Shown piece after piece: positions 49,001 to 62,527 of a stretch of DNA of 64,000 bases. The stretch is from Antedon mediterranea (Eukaryota; Animalia; Echinodermata): assembly GCF_964355755.1 (NCBI RefSeq), contig NC_092676.1:9773888-9837887 (forward strand). Direction: 5' to 3'. Numbering within the stretch: position 1 is the first letter of the stretch; each line of letters begins with the position of its first letter. Below the pieces are notes generated by a model, which made no database searches, was not told the origin of the DNA, and saw nothing but the letters and a program-made list of their open reading frames with translations. Made by a program: the position numbers and the translations under genes.

Positions 49001-52000
49001 ATTTTACTATGGAATACATTAAATTGCTTTGGTGAAGAAAACGAACACAGAATCGTTAAATTTAAATTGTTGTTTGTTAAACAAGATAATATGTAACACT
49101 ACAAATGTTTACAATTTTTTTACTTGGTAAAAGACGTCAGAATTCGATTATATAAGCTGCTGTTGATAACGACTTAATGAAAACAGATAAGCGGATACTA
49201 GCTATTAAGTTGGCGGAATATGTTTTAGAATGAGTGGAAATTAAGGGATGGATTGGCTATTTCCTGGGAGTATTAAAGTGAGCATTTCACAAGGTTAATA
49301 CACACCGCCTTCAAATTAGGGTGAGAAAGATCCAAAACACACCGTATTTGTACCAAAAAATATACACAATAAACAAATTTAATTTACGTTTTATATTCAA
49401 AATGATATTTTGATCACGTACGTTTTTGAATTAATTAAACCTAAATACATAACATATACTAAAAACATACAATTAAGGTAGGCTTTACTTAATTTATACT
49501 AATAATATTATTTAATAGATAACTTACTTAGTTAATTTGATTTCATTTCATTAGGCCTGACATCCACCGGTAAGAAACTTCCGGGTATCTTAATGAGTGG
49601 AGATATAATTTGACAACCTGACTGGCTATAGTGTATCGGTATAGCCATTTTTAGGTTACCTATAAAAAAAATAATTTATTTTATTTTATAATATAAACAT
49701 TTTATTTTCTTTTCTACATTTTTTGGATGGATGTTTTTTTTAATTATCTTTGAATACAATAAACAATCCAGTTGTATTGTTGTTATACAAACTTGGTATT
49801 GTTTTATAATTAGGCCTATACATTGAAAATATCTAATAAACGTGTTTTAACAGCTTTGTGATCAATTTGAAATGTTATTTGTACTATTTAAAATGAACCA
49901 TAAATGTAATCCAATTTGTATAAACACGGACAGTCTGTGGCAAGATAACAACCCATTTAAAATGTTCTTTTTCATCGTTTTATCGTTAGTTGAATGCAAA
50001 ATATTTTGTCTTTCTCTTCTCCATCTTTGTTTCTTGTCAGCCTTTGCAACATTTTTTCCTACTTTCTCTTTCGGTTTAATCCCAAAGTAACACGCAACTG
50101 TCGGATTGAATCCCAAAAGTGGCTTTGTATTTCGGTGATAATAGCATCAGGAAGGAAGGCCGGTTGGTAACCACGCGTATTCCAAGCGTATTTAGCAACG
50201 AGGAAGGCTATGGTACGCCTCTAATTAATAATCAATTTAATCAATCTACCAAACATAAACAACATATGTTTATAAATACACAGGTCAAAATATAGAGGTC
50301 AAATTAGTAATTATACATTGGATATGTAAGTAATACACGTCTTTAACGCACTCAGTCCTTTTTGGAACATCACGAAATGTGGATGTATATGTTTTTTTAT
50401 TCGTTCCCCAATGAGCAATAAAATTAAAACATTTGTCAGAAATAATAACATTTTATGTTTCAACGCGGTGCTTGATTAGTATTTGTGTAAATACTAGATA
50501 ATAATTAATACATCAACAATATACATAAACACATAGACATTACCGACACAGTGCATATATCCAGTACGGTAGGCCTATATGACATTATTATAATATTCTG
50601 AATATTAGAAATAACCGAAAGTTATAGTTGGTGGTTTTAAACAAACTTTTCTTGTGGTGTAAATGTTCACACCCGCTAAAGTATGCATAAAGAAAAGATT
50701 CACACAGATTACAACTTTTTAGAAATTCACCACACAAACATTTAAATATGGATACATACTTGGTTAATTGTTAGAAACACGTCGTGGGGTGAAACTGCAC
50801 GATGGATACATGCCGGTTTTGTCGGTCATGTAATTATCCTGTGGTGTATCGTTTAATTTGGATAGTAAAAGGTAACATCTTTGATCCAATTTCGATAAAT
50901 CAATTATATTTTTCTTATACAATTTCGCCAGAATCCTAGTAAAAATTAATGAATTATTGATTTAAGAGTCGGCGGAGCATGTTTACTCTTTGTAGCTATT
51001 TGATTCTATCAGGATTCAAGATCACGATTTGAACAGTGTACTTAATGGAATAATCATGGTGCTGGCTTTCATTCGTCCATGACTTTACAATCATTTAAAT
51101 ATAAATTAAAAAACACATTTTAATTTTATTTTTTACAAATGTATATAGTATCTATAGATTGTTAAAGTAGTTTTTTTGTATGTGCACGGTTTTATGGGGA
51201 GAACATGGGTTGAAACACGTGAAAGAATTTATGGTGAAACATGACATGCAAAAAAAGCAAATAAAATGTATATTGATTGAAAACAGCCTAAAATGGTTGC
51301 CAAATATAAAATGATCATGTACAAAGTATAATACCTTCTTATAAGTAAAATAGGAATTTATAAAATTAGTTAAATTATTAACTATGTTTAGTCTTCGAAG
51401 CAGTAGGCCTATGGAATCTTATCCATTCGTTTTGGCATATTACTACTAAAATGTATCCTTTTCTACCATTTCCATCATCATTTCAACCAATAACAATTGA
51501 AAACATATAATTGTAGCGAATTGGAGAATATTCATTAACCCTTAGTAACATTTAAAAAGTCCTCTCATTTTCTGGTGACAGGTCCAAACTATATTGTATC
51601 AATGCTCGGGGGCAATTCCGTACGCAAAAATAACAAAAGCTCTGAATAATATCAGAAATCAATGACTGCATTGCAAACCAACGCGGTGTTTTTCAAAGAG
51701 TGTATATTAAGGTTACCTATGGTCTCTATACTCCAACTGGGAAATCGCACTGAACGATTTCCTTGCCAAAACGTGAGGGTAGAGAGCGAAGTCGGTGTGT
51801 ATATTTGATTCAAGTAACGTTTGAGGAAATCAATTGGCTAATGAGCTCTAAAAACACAAATCCACCTGCAAACTGACTGAAAATCAACAGCCATTGGCAT
51901 GATAGCATACACTCATTTTAACTAATGTAGGCATATAACAGCATACATTTATTGAATCCACAACAAATTGTAATATAATTTCAATTTTACACAACTTATT

Positions 52001-55000
52001 CAATTTCCAATGTGGTTTTCATAAAAAGGATGGCGACCCAAACACTTTGAAAGTATATTTATAGCATAGCATGCTTGGTCGTCGTATTTAATTTGTAAAT
52101 GTGGGAGAATAGCCTGTGTGTCTTGCAGCCTAACTGAGCTGAATTGTGCACAGGTGTGGACGACACACATAGGTTACAAGAACTCTTATCTCCCCCGCCT
52201 AAGGGTTCCTTCGTGTCGAGTGTTGCCACCGAACGGCGCTTCTGTCCACAATGACAACATACTCTGAATGGAACAGTACACCGGGATAACCCCTCTACTC
52301 TACTCCTAAAAAAACTTTTGAAGTGCACACGAGCAACACTATACCTTCATTTTTAAGTCTTTATAAAAAAAAACTTTGGTTTTAAAACCAGAACAATGGT
52401 CGAGGATTGATGTGAACCTGTTTTGCCTTAGCCACTCGACTCGCATTAAGCACATAAGTAAATATGAAGAAAAACATGCGACTCGCTTACTTATTGCCCA
52501 GAATTAATTGCGCACATGTGTGAACCAAAAACGTTCTTTTCTCCCTAAGGCTCTCTTCGTGTCTCTCAGCTTTCGACAAACGACGCTCATTTGTCTTTAC
52601 TCAGCTACAGGGACTGAGATGGGCCAGAACACTGTGGTAACCCCCTTCTCTGTGCACATGAGGTCGAACCTCTAGTCGGGTATTAAGTCATTCTCCGAGA
52701 GACTGTACAGATTTTATAGTCTGCCTTATTTTTTTAATTTAATTATTTATTCTGACATAAAATCATAGGATAAAAACACAATAAAGTACCAAGACGGCAA
52801 ACTTATTTTCATTGTGGTCCTAGCAGGCCCTTAACATGGTCGTCACTAGACTCCACGACCTTACAAAAAGCATTTATGCAATCATTTCAAATAGGATTCC
52901 AAACATTGTGTTCCAGTAAAAGAAATGTAGGAAATGTTTCTCGAGTCTACAACGTATTACACCTGCGTACATACGTGTACAATAACCAATATGTTTGAAC
53001 GATAAACACCATTTAGAGCAATATGCTTACTTGTCAGCTCTAGACGAATATTATTATTATTATTATTTTGCATGTCAAAAATTGTATTGAAAATTCTACC
53101 CTGTGTTTCTCGGTACATTAGCCAGAGGGTCTGAATTCAACACAGCTGCACACTGCAAAGTGATATGCCTCGGCTAAGTGGAGTACACGTTAAAAAGTAG
53201 ATTTTCAATAAGAAGGTAAATGGCTACTACCGTGAAACGATAAGCATGGCCAATTCTGGGACATGCCCCCAAGACAGAAGCAATGACCAGGTATAGGAAT
53301 CAAATTGACCACCTTAAAATAAGATTACATTTCGATGAATTTTAATATTAGAAACTATACCTTTCGGAAATTTAAGTTATGATTGATTTAAACTTGTACA
53401 AATTGTGAAGAATTTATTAGAAATTTAGTCGCGTCATTTTTGATCAATGGTAAAACTGAAGGTGAGATAATTGGTTACACCTGTGATTTCATGCAGGTGA
53501 GAAATATACTATAATCATAGGCCTGTATCATTTTCATGACAATGACTGACAAGAACAAGAAAAAGATAAATGTTTCTTGAAGTATCATGAAAGACGAGAA
53601 TGCTTCAACTTGATTTCATTTTTAAATAATTATAATAATTTATTTAATAAATACATTATTTATTATAGATCGTAATTTATTTAGAAGCTATATTTTTGAA
53701 ACAGTGATTTAATGTTGTTGTACATAAAATCTTAAAGAAGACATGAAACAAGAAACACAATCTGAAGTGTGTACTAACAAAACTAAATTCGTGCACCTTT
53801 TGCACGTCATACCTGCATGACCAATTATGATGAATGGAAACCAACAAAAACGGGTGATATTGTGTAATAATAATAGCAACTATCGGAATGATATTTATTT
53901 ATGACGGACCACACCGGTGTATCCCTATTGACGCAATGGACCTTCCATTTTGGATGAGCGTCACATCTAATCATTATGTTTCACAACTCTATCAATATCA
54001 GTTAACATAACCTATAATTAAATTTCACTTATTTTTATAGTACCACTAAAGGCGTTATATGTCTGTCGGACATGGGCGTCTCATACGTACATAATGTTGT
54101 TTTCACAAACCTATATTGGCTTGCTTCCCATAAATCGTTTGCAACTTTTTCCTGTTTTCGTTTTGGCTCGATATTTGCAACTACAATATGAAATTAATTT
54201 CAATTGCATTTTGATTATATATTATTTAAACAATGACAATGTATTACTGTAATAGGATTAAATTGATGTTTCAGTTATTGGCACCAGGAATTCTGAGGCG
54301 TGAGCCTTTGGTAAATCGTATGTTTACTGATGACATTTTATAATTACATACATTGCTATTATGTATATTATTCTTTTATCATTTTTTTAGATATATGAAT
54401 GACAATTTGTTTACAACCGTAAATCGTGATGCCTTCCTAAATCTCACCGACCTGAAAGTACTGTAAGTATAACAGAATTCAATGTTTTTATAAACATGAC
54501 ATTATACATGAATTAGATTTAATATATTTCAAGTACAAATTGTTAATTAGAAATAATCACAACATTTAAAAAAAAAGTATGATGTTTTACTGCGAATGAA
54601 TATGATCGAAACGGTTCTGTCTGTAACGTTAAACTAGCGCCCTCTATAGATAAATCACTTTATTTTTGGCTATATTGTTCAGACGGTCTGTCCTGCAAAG
54701 CGATTTATACTTTAATTTAAGCTATATCATTTGCACTTTCATGTACGACATCCAGACGCTTCGACAGCTACCCTAGCTACCCGGTAAAAATTGTTAAAAG
54801 AAAAAAATATTGTTATCTAGTAACTAGTTACTAATAAACAAAACGCCCGCTGGTGGCGCTCGTAGGAATACTTACAACTTAAATAGAAATAATATCTTTG
54901 GGAAACACCCAACGTCTAAGAAAACCAACTTCTTTAAATCCTCGCTGATTGGCCTTCTTGATGCCATTGCCTGTGACTGCATTTGCCTTACTATAACGTT

Positions 55001-58000
55001 TCACTGGCATTATTATTTTCCCTAAAGGACAGACGCATTTCCTGGTGAATATCAAACACGGGAGATCAGTAAGATTCCTGATAAATCTGTTATCAGACCG
55101 GATCAATAGATTCGATACAACTGCCAGAATAACAACGCGATAATTAATGGCTAGATTTAAACTATTTTTATGATATGATTCAACAGTTTGTTTACAATTA
55201 CATAAACTGTTTTGTTGTAATTCTCATCATGCATAGGCCTCCGTCGATACTGATCATTGATTTTGTCACATGTTTTAATTCTACAGACTGGTAAATGTAT
55301 AGTTACATTTAATTGAAAGAAAATGTAACCAGCTGATAATAATTAATGTAAAGACAATTGAATTACCATCTATTGTAATTTCGATCGATAATATAAACGT
55401 TAAAAAAATACAGTATAAGATGATTATATCTATCTCTATTCCTTTTAAATTTGCCCCATATACGAATTCAAAGGTTACAGCCCCAACATTGATTTTATCT
55501 GTATGCTCTCAACCACAGAATATGTGTGGTCATCTATTCTAGCGTATGCATCTCTTCCCTGTTGCTATATATCACTACGAGAAATCCAAACCGATTATCA
55601 CACTAATGTAACAAATTAAACTGATCAGCAGAGAAAACAATCTCATATCTATGTTTACTGATGCACCTATGCATCGAACTTTAACCCAGCTGTCATCATA
55701 ATTACATCACATCCACGCCAATCACAAGATTGCTATACAACAGAGCAGCAACTTTCTGCACAGTAGGTGTTTTCTCTAGGAGGTAGACAAGAGAACTTAA
55801 CCATTTTTTTTCTTTAAACATCCATATAACCTTGAATTTGAAGCGAATACCCAAATTAATAAGGCTTAACGAGCGATTCCTCAGTAGACAATGTAAGGCA
55901 TGTGGTAGAAAGGACCACACCTGACCAATTTCAGCCTAGCGTTGTTCTAAAGATCACAAGATTCACATCGGTGGGGATACTGTGAATAAAGTCGAGTCAC
56001 ACAAAATTTAGGCAAACAAAACCATAGCCACTGATGTAGGCGCATACCTCCTGATAATATCAAAGACATCATTATAAAAGCCCATCCTTTATAGTGACGC
56101 TATAAACAATACGCGGACGTATTATTTCTGATATGCGATAATACAGAAACTTTTGTACACGCGCGTCAGCTTTGTGAATCGTTCTGATGTCACCAACGAA
56201 AAGAAAATTAGCAAGCACCACACAAGTATCACGTGCGATAATTTTAAATAATATTGGTGTCAAAGCATAGGTACTTGTGTTTGCTGAAAGGAGGTTTTTG
56301 TTTTATCCTCGTAGACGCAAATGCCTATGTTGGAGCATATATCAATTATATAAATTATTCTCTTCACATGTAGACTATATAATTATATGATTTTACAAGC
56401 CGTAATTATTCAAATCACGAATTTCTTAACATGCCGATTCTTCAGTTACAATACTTCAACTATGCGTTCTGTTGACGACGCAACGGGGACGATGTTTGAT
56501 GCGGACGAAAAAATGCGTCTTTAACGACGCATTGGAAGAAAAGCTCTGGGAGAGGATCGACGCATACCGTGGCCTCAGTATGATATGACCCTAATGCAAA
56601 TTTGTTTTAACTGATTACGGATGTGATTGGCTTATCTTTAATTTACATACAGGTCATCTTGGGAGAATTTATAAATCGATAATTACTACCGGTATGATCA
56701 ATACTAATAATGCTTTGCAGAATTCGAATTTCATTCTAACCTCGTCAAAGTTCACAAATTGTATATATTTTTAATGATAATGGAAATACAACAATTGAAA
56801 TTAATTAATGCAATTGTAATGTTCTATCAAGGAAGATAAAGGTTTTTACCTTACTATTTTAGACATTTCATAATCGTGCACAGAAGCCACAGCGACCTAA
56901 GGTTCATAGATTACCATTCTATCCAATAGGGAATTAATTTTTTATGAGTCACTATCAACCTAAAATAATTGAACAATTTTAGAAAACCTGTTTTGAACTG
57001 TAGCAAAATAAGAAACAATACGAAATCATATAAATCAAATTAATCTTTATTCATAACTTCTTAGATAAGTTGCGATATTTTAATTAAATCTGCATCCACT
57101 GCGATGATACTAAATTGTTATTGAAGTTTCCCTTTTTATTCGTATTTGTTTAAACTTTATTCAAAGCTATTAAAATGAATTGAAAGACGCACTTAATTGT
57201 GAAGCCAACAACTTTTACATTTCATATTTTCATATAACAGCACAAACAATTCGACCAATCACTAATGATTGCTTGCCCAATTCATCGCCCGTGATTATTC
57301 TGCTGCGCGTACGTCTTCTGTAAAGCGTGGTTCCCACTAGCGACGCAACACAAGGACGTAACGCAACGCAAGTGAATTGACCAATCACAAGCGATGGCTT
57401 ATTCGCTTGTGATTGATAACTGTCTATAACTTCGCTTGTCATTGGTTAAAACGCTTGCGTTGCGTGTACGTCCTTGCGTTACGTTCTAGTGGGAACCAAG
57501 CTTAAGCTAGAACGTAACGCAAGGATGTATGTATGTATCACCAACATTTAATTATCATTTTAACAAGACAAGTGGAACAAACAAAATAATCTTGGATTGA
57601 ATGGTTTAATAGCACTTTTAAACACGTTTGAAACGTTCAAATTAGATCACAGGCCATGTCAATAATCGTTATCATTTAAACTTATTAAAGGTTAACATGT
57701 GTTTAATGTTCTTGATGATATCTATATACGATTGTTTAATAACTTAGAAACAGAAAATTACTTTATTTTATTTTTAACCAAGCAAGGAAATGACTCCGAT
57801 ACATATGAAATTATTTACGCTCTAAGGCGAGACCAGTCATGTGGATAATAAATATCTATATATAAAAAAATATATAATTCCATTGCTTTGGTAAACATGA
57901 CTACTAACTCTATTTTAAAGATAAATGAATCAATGACTACCCTAAAGTATCTCTTCCTTTGATTCGACGAGACATGTGACGTGAACATTGAAAACGCATT

Positions 58001-61000
58001 TAATTTTGCAAGACTCCGCTAATTCTATGTTTTTAAAGTCATGAACGGACGCTTTTCATCACCTCTCGTATATTCCGTAATAGTTTTCACCCATAGAGAT
58101 TGATGTGTCGTGGGTTTTGTATAGGCCTACTTTTCAATTTTGTTTTGTATTGTATTGTGCTGTAGTCTCAGAGCAACATAATTATCTATATACAAATGCT
58201 AAATTTACATTGATATTAATACAAATTAAAAAAGAAAACATAATTTAAAATAATAAGCAATCAAAACAAAGTCATCTTACTTTTAGGCCATATAGGCCTA
58301 CTACTTAAAAAAAAGATAGACAATAGATAGTAAAAAGCTTAATTTCTGATATAGCCTACTGTTAAAAAATCAGGCCCAATTAAAGAGAATATTTTTTCCA
58401 TACACTATACAAGACATAATATGTCTTGTATAGTGTTATTATGCCATGTTATGAAAGCACTGTATTTATTTTCGAGACCAAACATTACTTCGCGAATCAC
58501 ATTTTCCATAAATCCGCGCCAAAATCTTCCAAAGCACAATGTAGGTCAGATTGTTGACCTTGAAATCTGAAGCAGAACATTAAAGCAAAAACACTTTACA
58601 TGTAACTACCGTCGTGGCATAACACATAACATAACTTTGCTTCTTCCGTTTCTATTAAAGAGTAGTAGGCCTACATTATTTGGAGTTGGCTCAAGGAAGG
58701 AAACTGAACGCAGTGACTAATGCAATGAGTTTACTTGAAAATCTCAATAGATGTATCGTTAGCCTCATGTGGCTTAGTACAATTTGCCAATCAAATCGCT
58801 TAGTTGCAATGACTGACACATTATGTCTTTCGTTTTAAAACATTCACTATTTCAGATGTTTACTTTTAGAAGAAATTGTTAAACTCTTGCCAAAACAGAA
58901 AGAGTACAACAAATTGTTACTAAAATAAAATAACATGAAATGTTCGCATTTTAATTGAAAGTGGACAGAAGTACTGTTTTTCCCACAAGAAAATGTCTGT
59001 CAAGAAACAGTAATTACTAAAGAAATTTATATAATTTGTATGTTAATACGTTTACTAACAGTGAAAAAAAAAATGTTTCGGTTTAAATGAGAGAGGAACG
59101 TTAAATTAAACATAAAAATATGTTTTTCCAATGTATGTAATATAATGTTGTACAGTACTTCATAATTCAGCTGCTGTTTTACATTTTGTGCAATAAAATA
59201 ATTGTATCATGTAAATGATTGATTAACCGACATACAGACTGACTAACTGACAGACATAACTGATTGATTAACAAGTTATCATAAAGACTTAACTGACTGA
59301 GTGAATGACTCGCAGACTAGCATACATGCTGACATGTCAGAGTAAACATAACTAGAAAAGTGATAATAAAATACCGACAGACAGACAGACATAAAATAAT
59401 GACTACTGAAATGTTGATAAACAACTGTTGATTGGTAAATGTCGAATATTACTTACTTTTTTATTAGAAATTAATATATTTTCATTTATATTTGTTATAA
59501 GGCATCTTGTGAACAACAGAATTAATCATGTAGATGAAAAGGCTTTTTCAACCTTGACACAACTTGAAGAATTGTAAGTTTTGTTCTATCATATTTTATT
59601 TCTATACTATATTACATTCCTGTGTTTTTTTATTTAGGTTTTACTTATTTTAAAGGAAAGAGTTAAACGCACTTTGGATCCACTCGATTCATTCACATTA
59701 TTCCATGTCTGCTATTACATTGATATCATTTCTTAATTTGGACTGCCAGGCCCACGGGCTACAGTAAAATAGTTTACGTTTGGCGTGCTTTCAAGCTGTT
59801 TGTATTGTTCTGGCTAAATAAATGAATGAATGAAAAAACTAAGATATCTAGAGAAGCACTGATAATCTGCTACTGCATTCAATCAGATTTGTCAGTAAGT
59901 TTCAAAAGTTAGACGTCATGCCAGCAATATAGTTTGGAACAAAATTTAGTTTTATAAAAAAGTTTATTTTACTGACACGACATGAACAATGTCTCAAACA
60001 GCGTCCCGTACTTTAAAGGACTTTCAACTAATAGTGTGCAACTTTCTAAAATTGTGTATGTTATATTAGTTGTAGGACGCAGAATCTTCTGCTAAATCAT
60101 TTTATTCATTGTTAACAATAACTAACAAACATTTCTTTTAGACTTCTGTCTGGAAACAACTTGAAAGCTGTTCCAATTGATGCTTTGAACTCTGGACCAC
60201 GTTCCTTAATACACCTGTAAGTGTTTCTGTTCGATATCTATTGAAAATATAAGGCCAAAAACTAAAACACGAAACAACGGTGTCTGTATCTGATTTTAAG
60301 CAAACGTATTAACCAAAACGATAAAGTAAAACAACCAATCAAGGAGAGTACTTTTAGTCTATTTCATAACACATCTGGAAGTATCCTTCTTGTTATTTTA
60401 TTGGTTAATTACGTATCACGTACCGTCTATTAACGGTGATATTGAACGTTTAGGTTCTTGTCAACATTGTGGGAGAATGTTTATGCCACGAGAGGCAGTA
60501 ACTGTTCGGCCTCACCTAACTGAAATAGAACTCATTATCAGTCTATGTACGTTTATACCAATTAAATATCAATATTATAACACTATTTAATATTGTGAGA
60601 TTAGTTGTACTTTTAAAGCAAAAAAAAAAAAGTTCTGGAAACGACCATCGATACAAACTTCACTAATGCACCTGCGAATGACGGTTTCCTTATTGTCATA
60701 ATTTCCAGATTTATTATCCAAAATAGAGCTACTGCCATCAATCAGACTTGTCAATAAGTTTCAAAAGTTGAGCGTTGAATCAATAAAACGGGGTACCGTT
60801 GGAACAAACATTTTATCAAAAAAGTTTCTTCTGTCACAAAATAAAGAATATCTTGGCGTCACATAAAAGATGTTAAACTAATCTTTACTTTTTAAATCTA
60901 TCTCGCATTTTGATTTTGTCATAATAAATGTTTTTGAATATTCTTTCATATATTTTCATTATTTGTACAGGTGTCTGAGTGACAATCACATCACTAACTT

Positions 61001-62527
61001 GCCGGCCAACTCATTCAGAAACATATCGAAACTAAGAACACTCTGCATTGGAGGAAATCCTTTGACTAAGGTACCCGAAGAGGCACTGAGCACCTGTCGA
61101 CAATTAGAAAAACTTGATCTGTCCAGGAACAGTATTACTGAAATCCAAGACAAGGCATTCCGTAAACTGTCAAGATTGGAATCACTGTAAGAAACTAATA
61201 AATCGACCAAAAATCCCGTTAAATAAAGATCGAGAATGAATGTATACATAAAGTTGATGATCAAAGTTCGAGCGTGTTTCTCGATTGTTGTGTTAATTAT
61301 GTTGTTTCCAATTCTCCCGTCCACATTCCGAACAGAAACGTCGTTAAAGTTATATTTTGTAAACCTAGCCTAACCTGATCGATAGTAAATTAAATATTTT
61401 CCAAAATAACAAAAGAATTGCCAAAAACACACATTTATCATTAAAGATATCGTCCTCCTGATTTTGTTTTGTTTTGAGTACCGTATGCTATTCTGACACC
61501 TGTCATATAAAAGTTATTTACTTTGACCAAAAAGGGGATAAGCTAAAATTATTTACTTGAAAAAACTGTATTTTACAAATAGTCAAATTGGCTGTCAGTC
61601 AATAGGTTTTTGATTGAATCTAACTTTATATTGTCATTTTATAAGTGAAAAAATAATTTTGTTGGTGTTTTTTGATGGTGAATTAATTTTCCAGTTTAGT
61701 TCGGGATTACGTGACTCTAAATAAACTTCACCCATGATTGATTTAACATTTTTAGATTACTGATTTCATGAACAAAACTATTATTATTATTATCGTAATG
61801 TAAATGTTCTATTAATTGAAGGCTGGTAATTAGTTATATATATATATTTTTTCAGACGTCTGGAATTTTGTGAAATCAGTACGATTGGCCAGAAGGCGTT
61901 TAATGGAATGGATAACCTAGCACAGCTGTAAGTAGACCTACTATCTAGGCCTACTATCTTAAACAAGAAATATTTCTTACATAAAAACGCCGCTCGACTT
62001 CTTTACGTAACCGTTTTCATTAAATTATGCTTATATTTAAATTTATATTCTATTTATTAATTTAAAAAATACTGATTTATTATCAATTTATTTTTGTTTA
62101 AAAATCAGTAGTAAACATTGTATGTAACGTAAATATAGTCTGACATGAACAAAGTCCGTGGCCTACTGTACAGAACAAAAGTATATTCCGGGGTAGGATT
62201 TACATTTCAGTAAACACAATTTTCCAGCCTACAAACGTACTCACTGTGAATGAATGATTCTATATTTGTTAAAGGGCTTCTAAGAACGGGTCTTAATTCC
62301 TCCTAGAAGAGCACCTTGCAGCACCCTTTATATCTGCTATTTGCTTGAAAATTGATTCAATTATCGCTACAAAAAGGCTGGTGTTTCAACACAACAACAA
62401 TTTCCTTTACTAGTAATTAAGACATACATTATTAAATCATACTTTAATTTTCATATAGGTATTTAAAGAAAAACCGTCTGGCCGATGTCCCGGCAGCATT
62501 ACAATCATTAGAAAAATTATCGTGGTT
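34029..62527 (+). CDS. Leucine-rich repeat-containing receptor, LGR4/5/6 (type B LGR)-like ectodomain; 3'-partial
   Basis: Exons 34029-34234 (signal peptide plus Cys-rich LRRNT), 54391-54462 (72), 59502-59573 (72), 60142-60216 (75), 60971-61186 (216), 61856-61927 (72) and 62459-62527 (69). All introns are phase 2 with AG/GTAAG ends, and each 72-nt unit is one LRR. The 72-72-72-216-72-69 series matches vertebrate LGR4/5/6 as I recall it. The 7TM domain is outside the window. Confidence 0.9.
41355..41425 (-). mobile_element. tRNA-like head (SINE or repeat-associated pseudo-tRNA)
   Basis: Minus strand AGTTCCAGTGGATAGG...AAGGTTCCGAGTTCGAATCTCG has A- and B-box and a T-arm but no good anticodon or acceptor stem. 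Confidence 0.5.
48320..48456 (+). mobile_element. 3' part of a SINE
   Basis: GC-richer block ending GGAGATGGGCACC...CTTTACCTTACCTTTT, a tail type common in invertebrate SINEs. Confidence 0.45.
52085..52445 (-). mobile_element. tRNA-derived SINE, possibly of the Deu/Nin-domain type
   Basis: On the minus strand, A-box-like GTCGAGTGGCTAAGG, B-box-like GGTTCACATC, then GCTCGTGTGCACTTCAAAAG...GAGTAGAGGGGTTATCCCGGTG. A related fragment GTTACTCGCGTGCACTTAAAGAA lies at 39111-39133. Confidence 0.5.
57324..57502. mobile_element. PIF/Harbinger-like palindromic MITE
   Basis: TAA|AGCGTGGTTCCCACTAG ... CTAGTGGGAACCAAGCT|TAA with internal ACGCAA/TTGCGT inverted repeats; a related fragment lies at ~21045-21120. 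Confidence 0.85.
59218..59392 (+). repeat. Degenerate (ACTG/ACAG)n tetranucleotide tract
   Basis: GACTGACTAACTGACAGACA...GACAGACAGACAGACA visible directly. Confidence 0.7.

Noticed and set aside
44166-50116. Nested protein-coding genes from the short ORFs in receptor intron 1
   Set aside because: The 60-90 aa ORFs have no recognisable motifs or coherent splice structure and are expected by chance.
60986-61324. 112-aa minus-strand ORF
   Set aside because: Antisense shadow of the 216-nt LRR exon.
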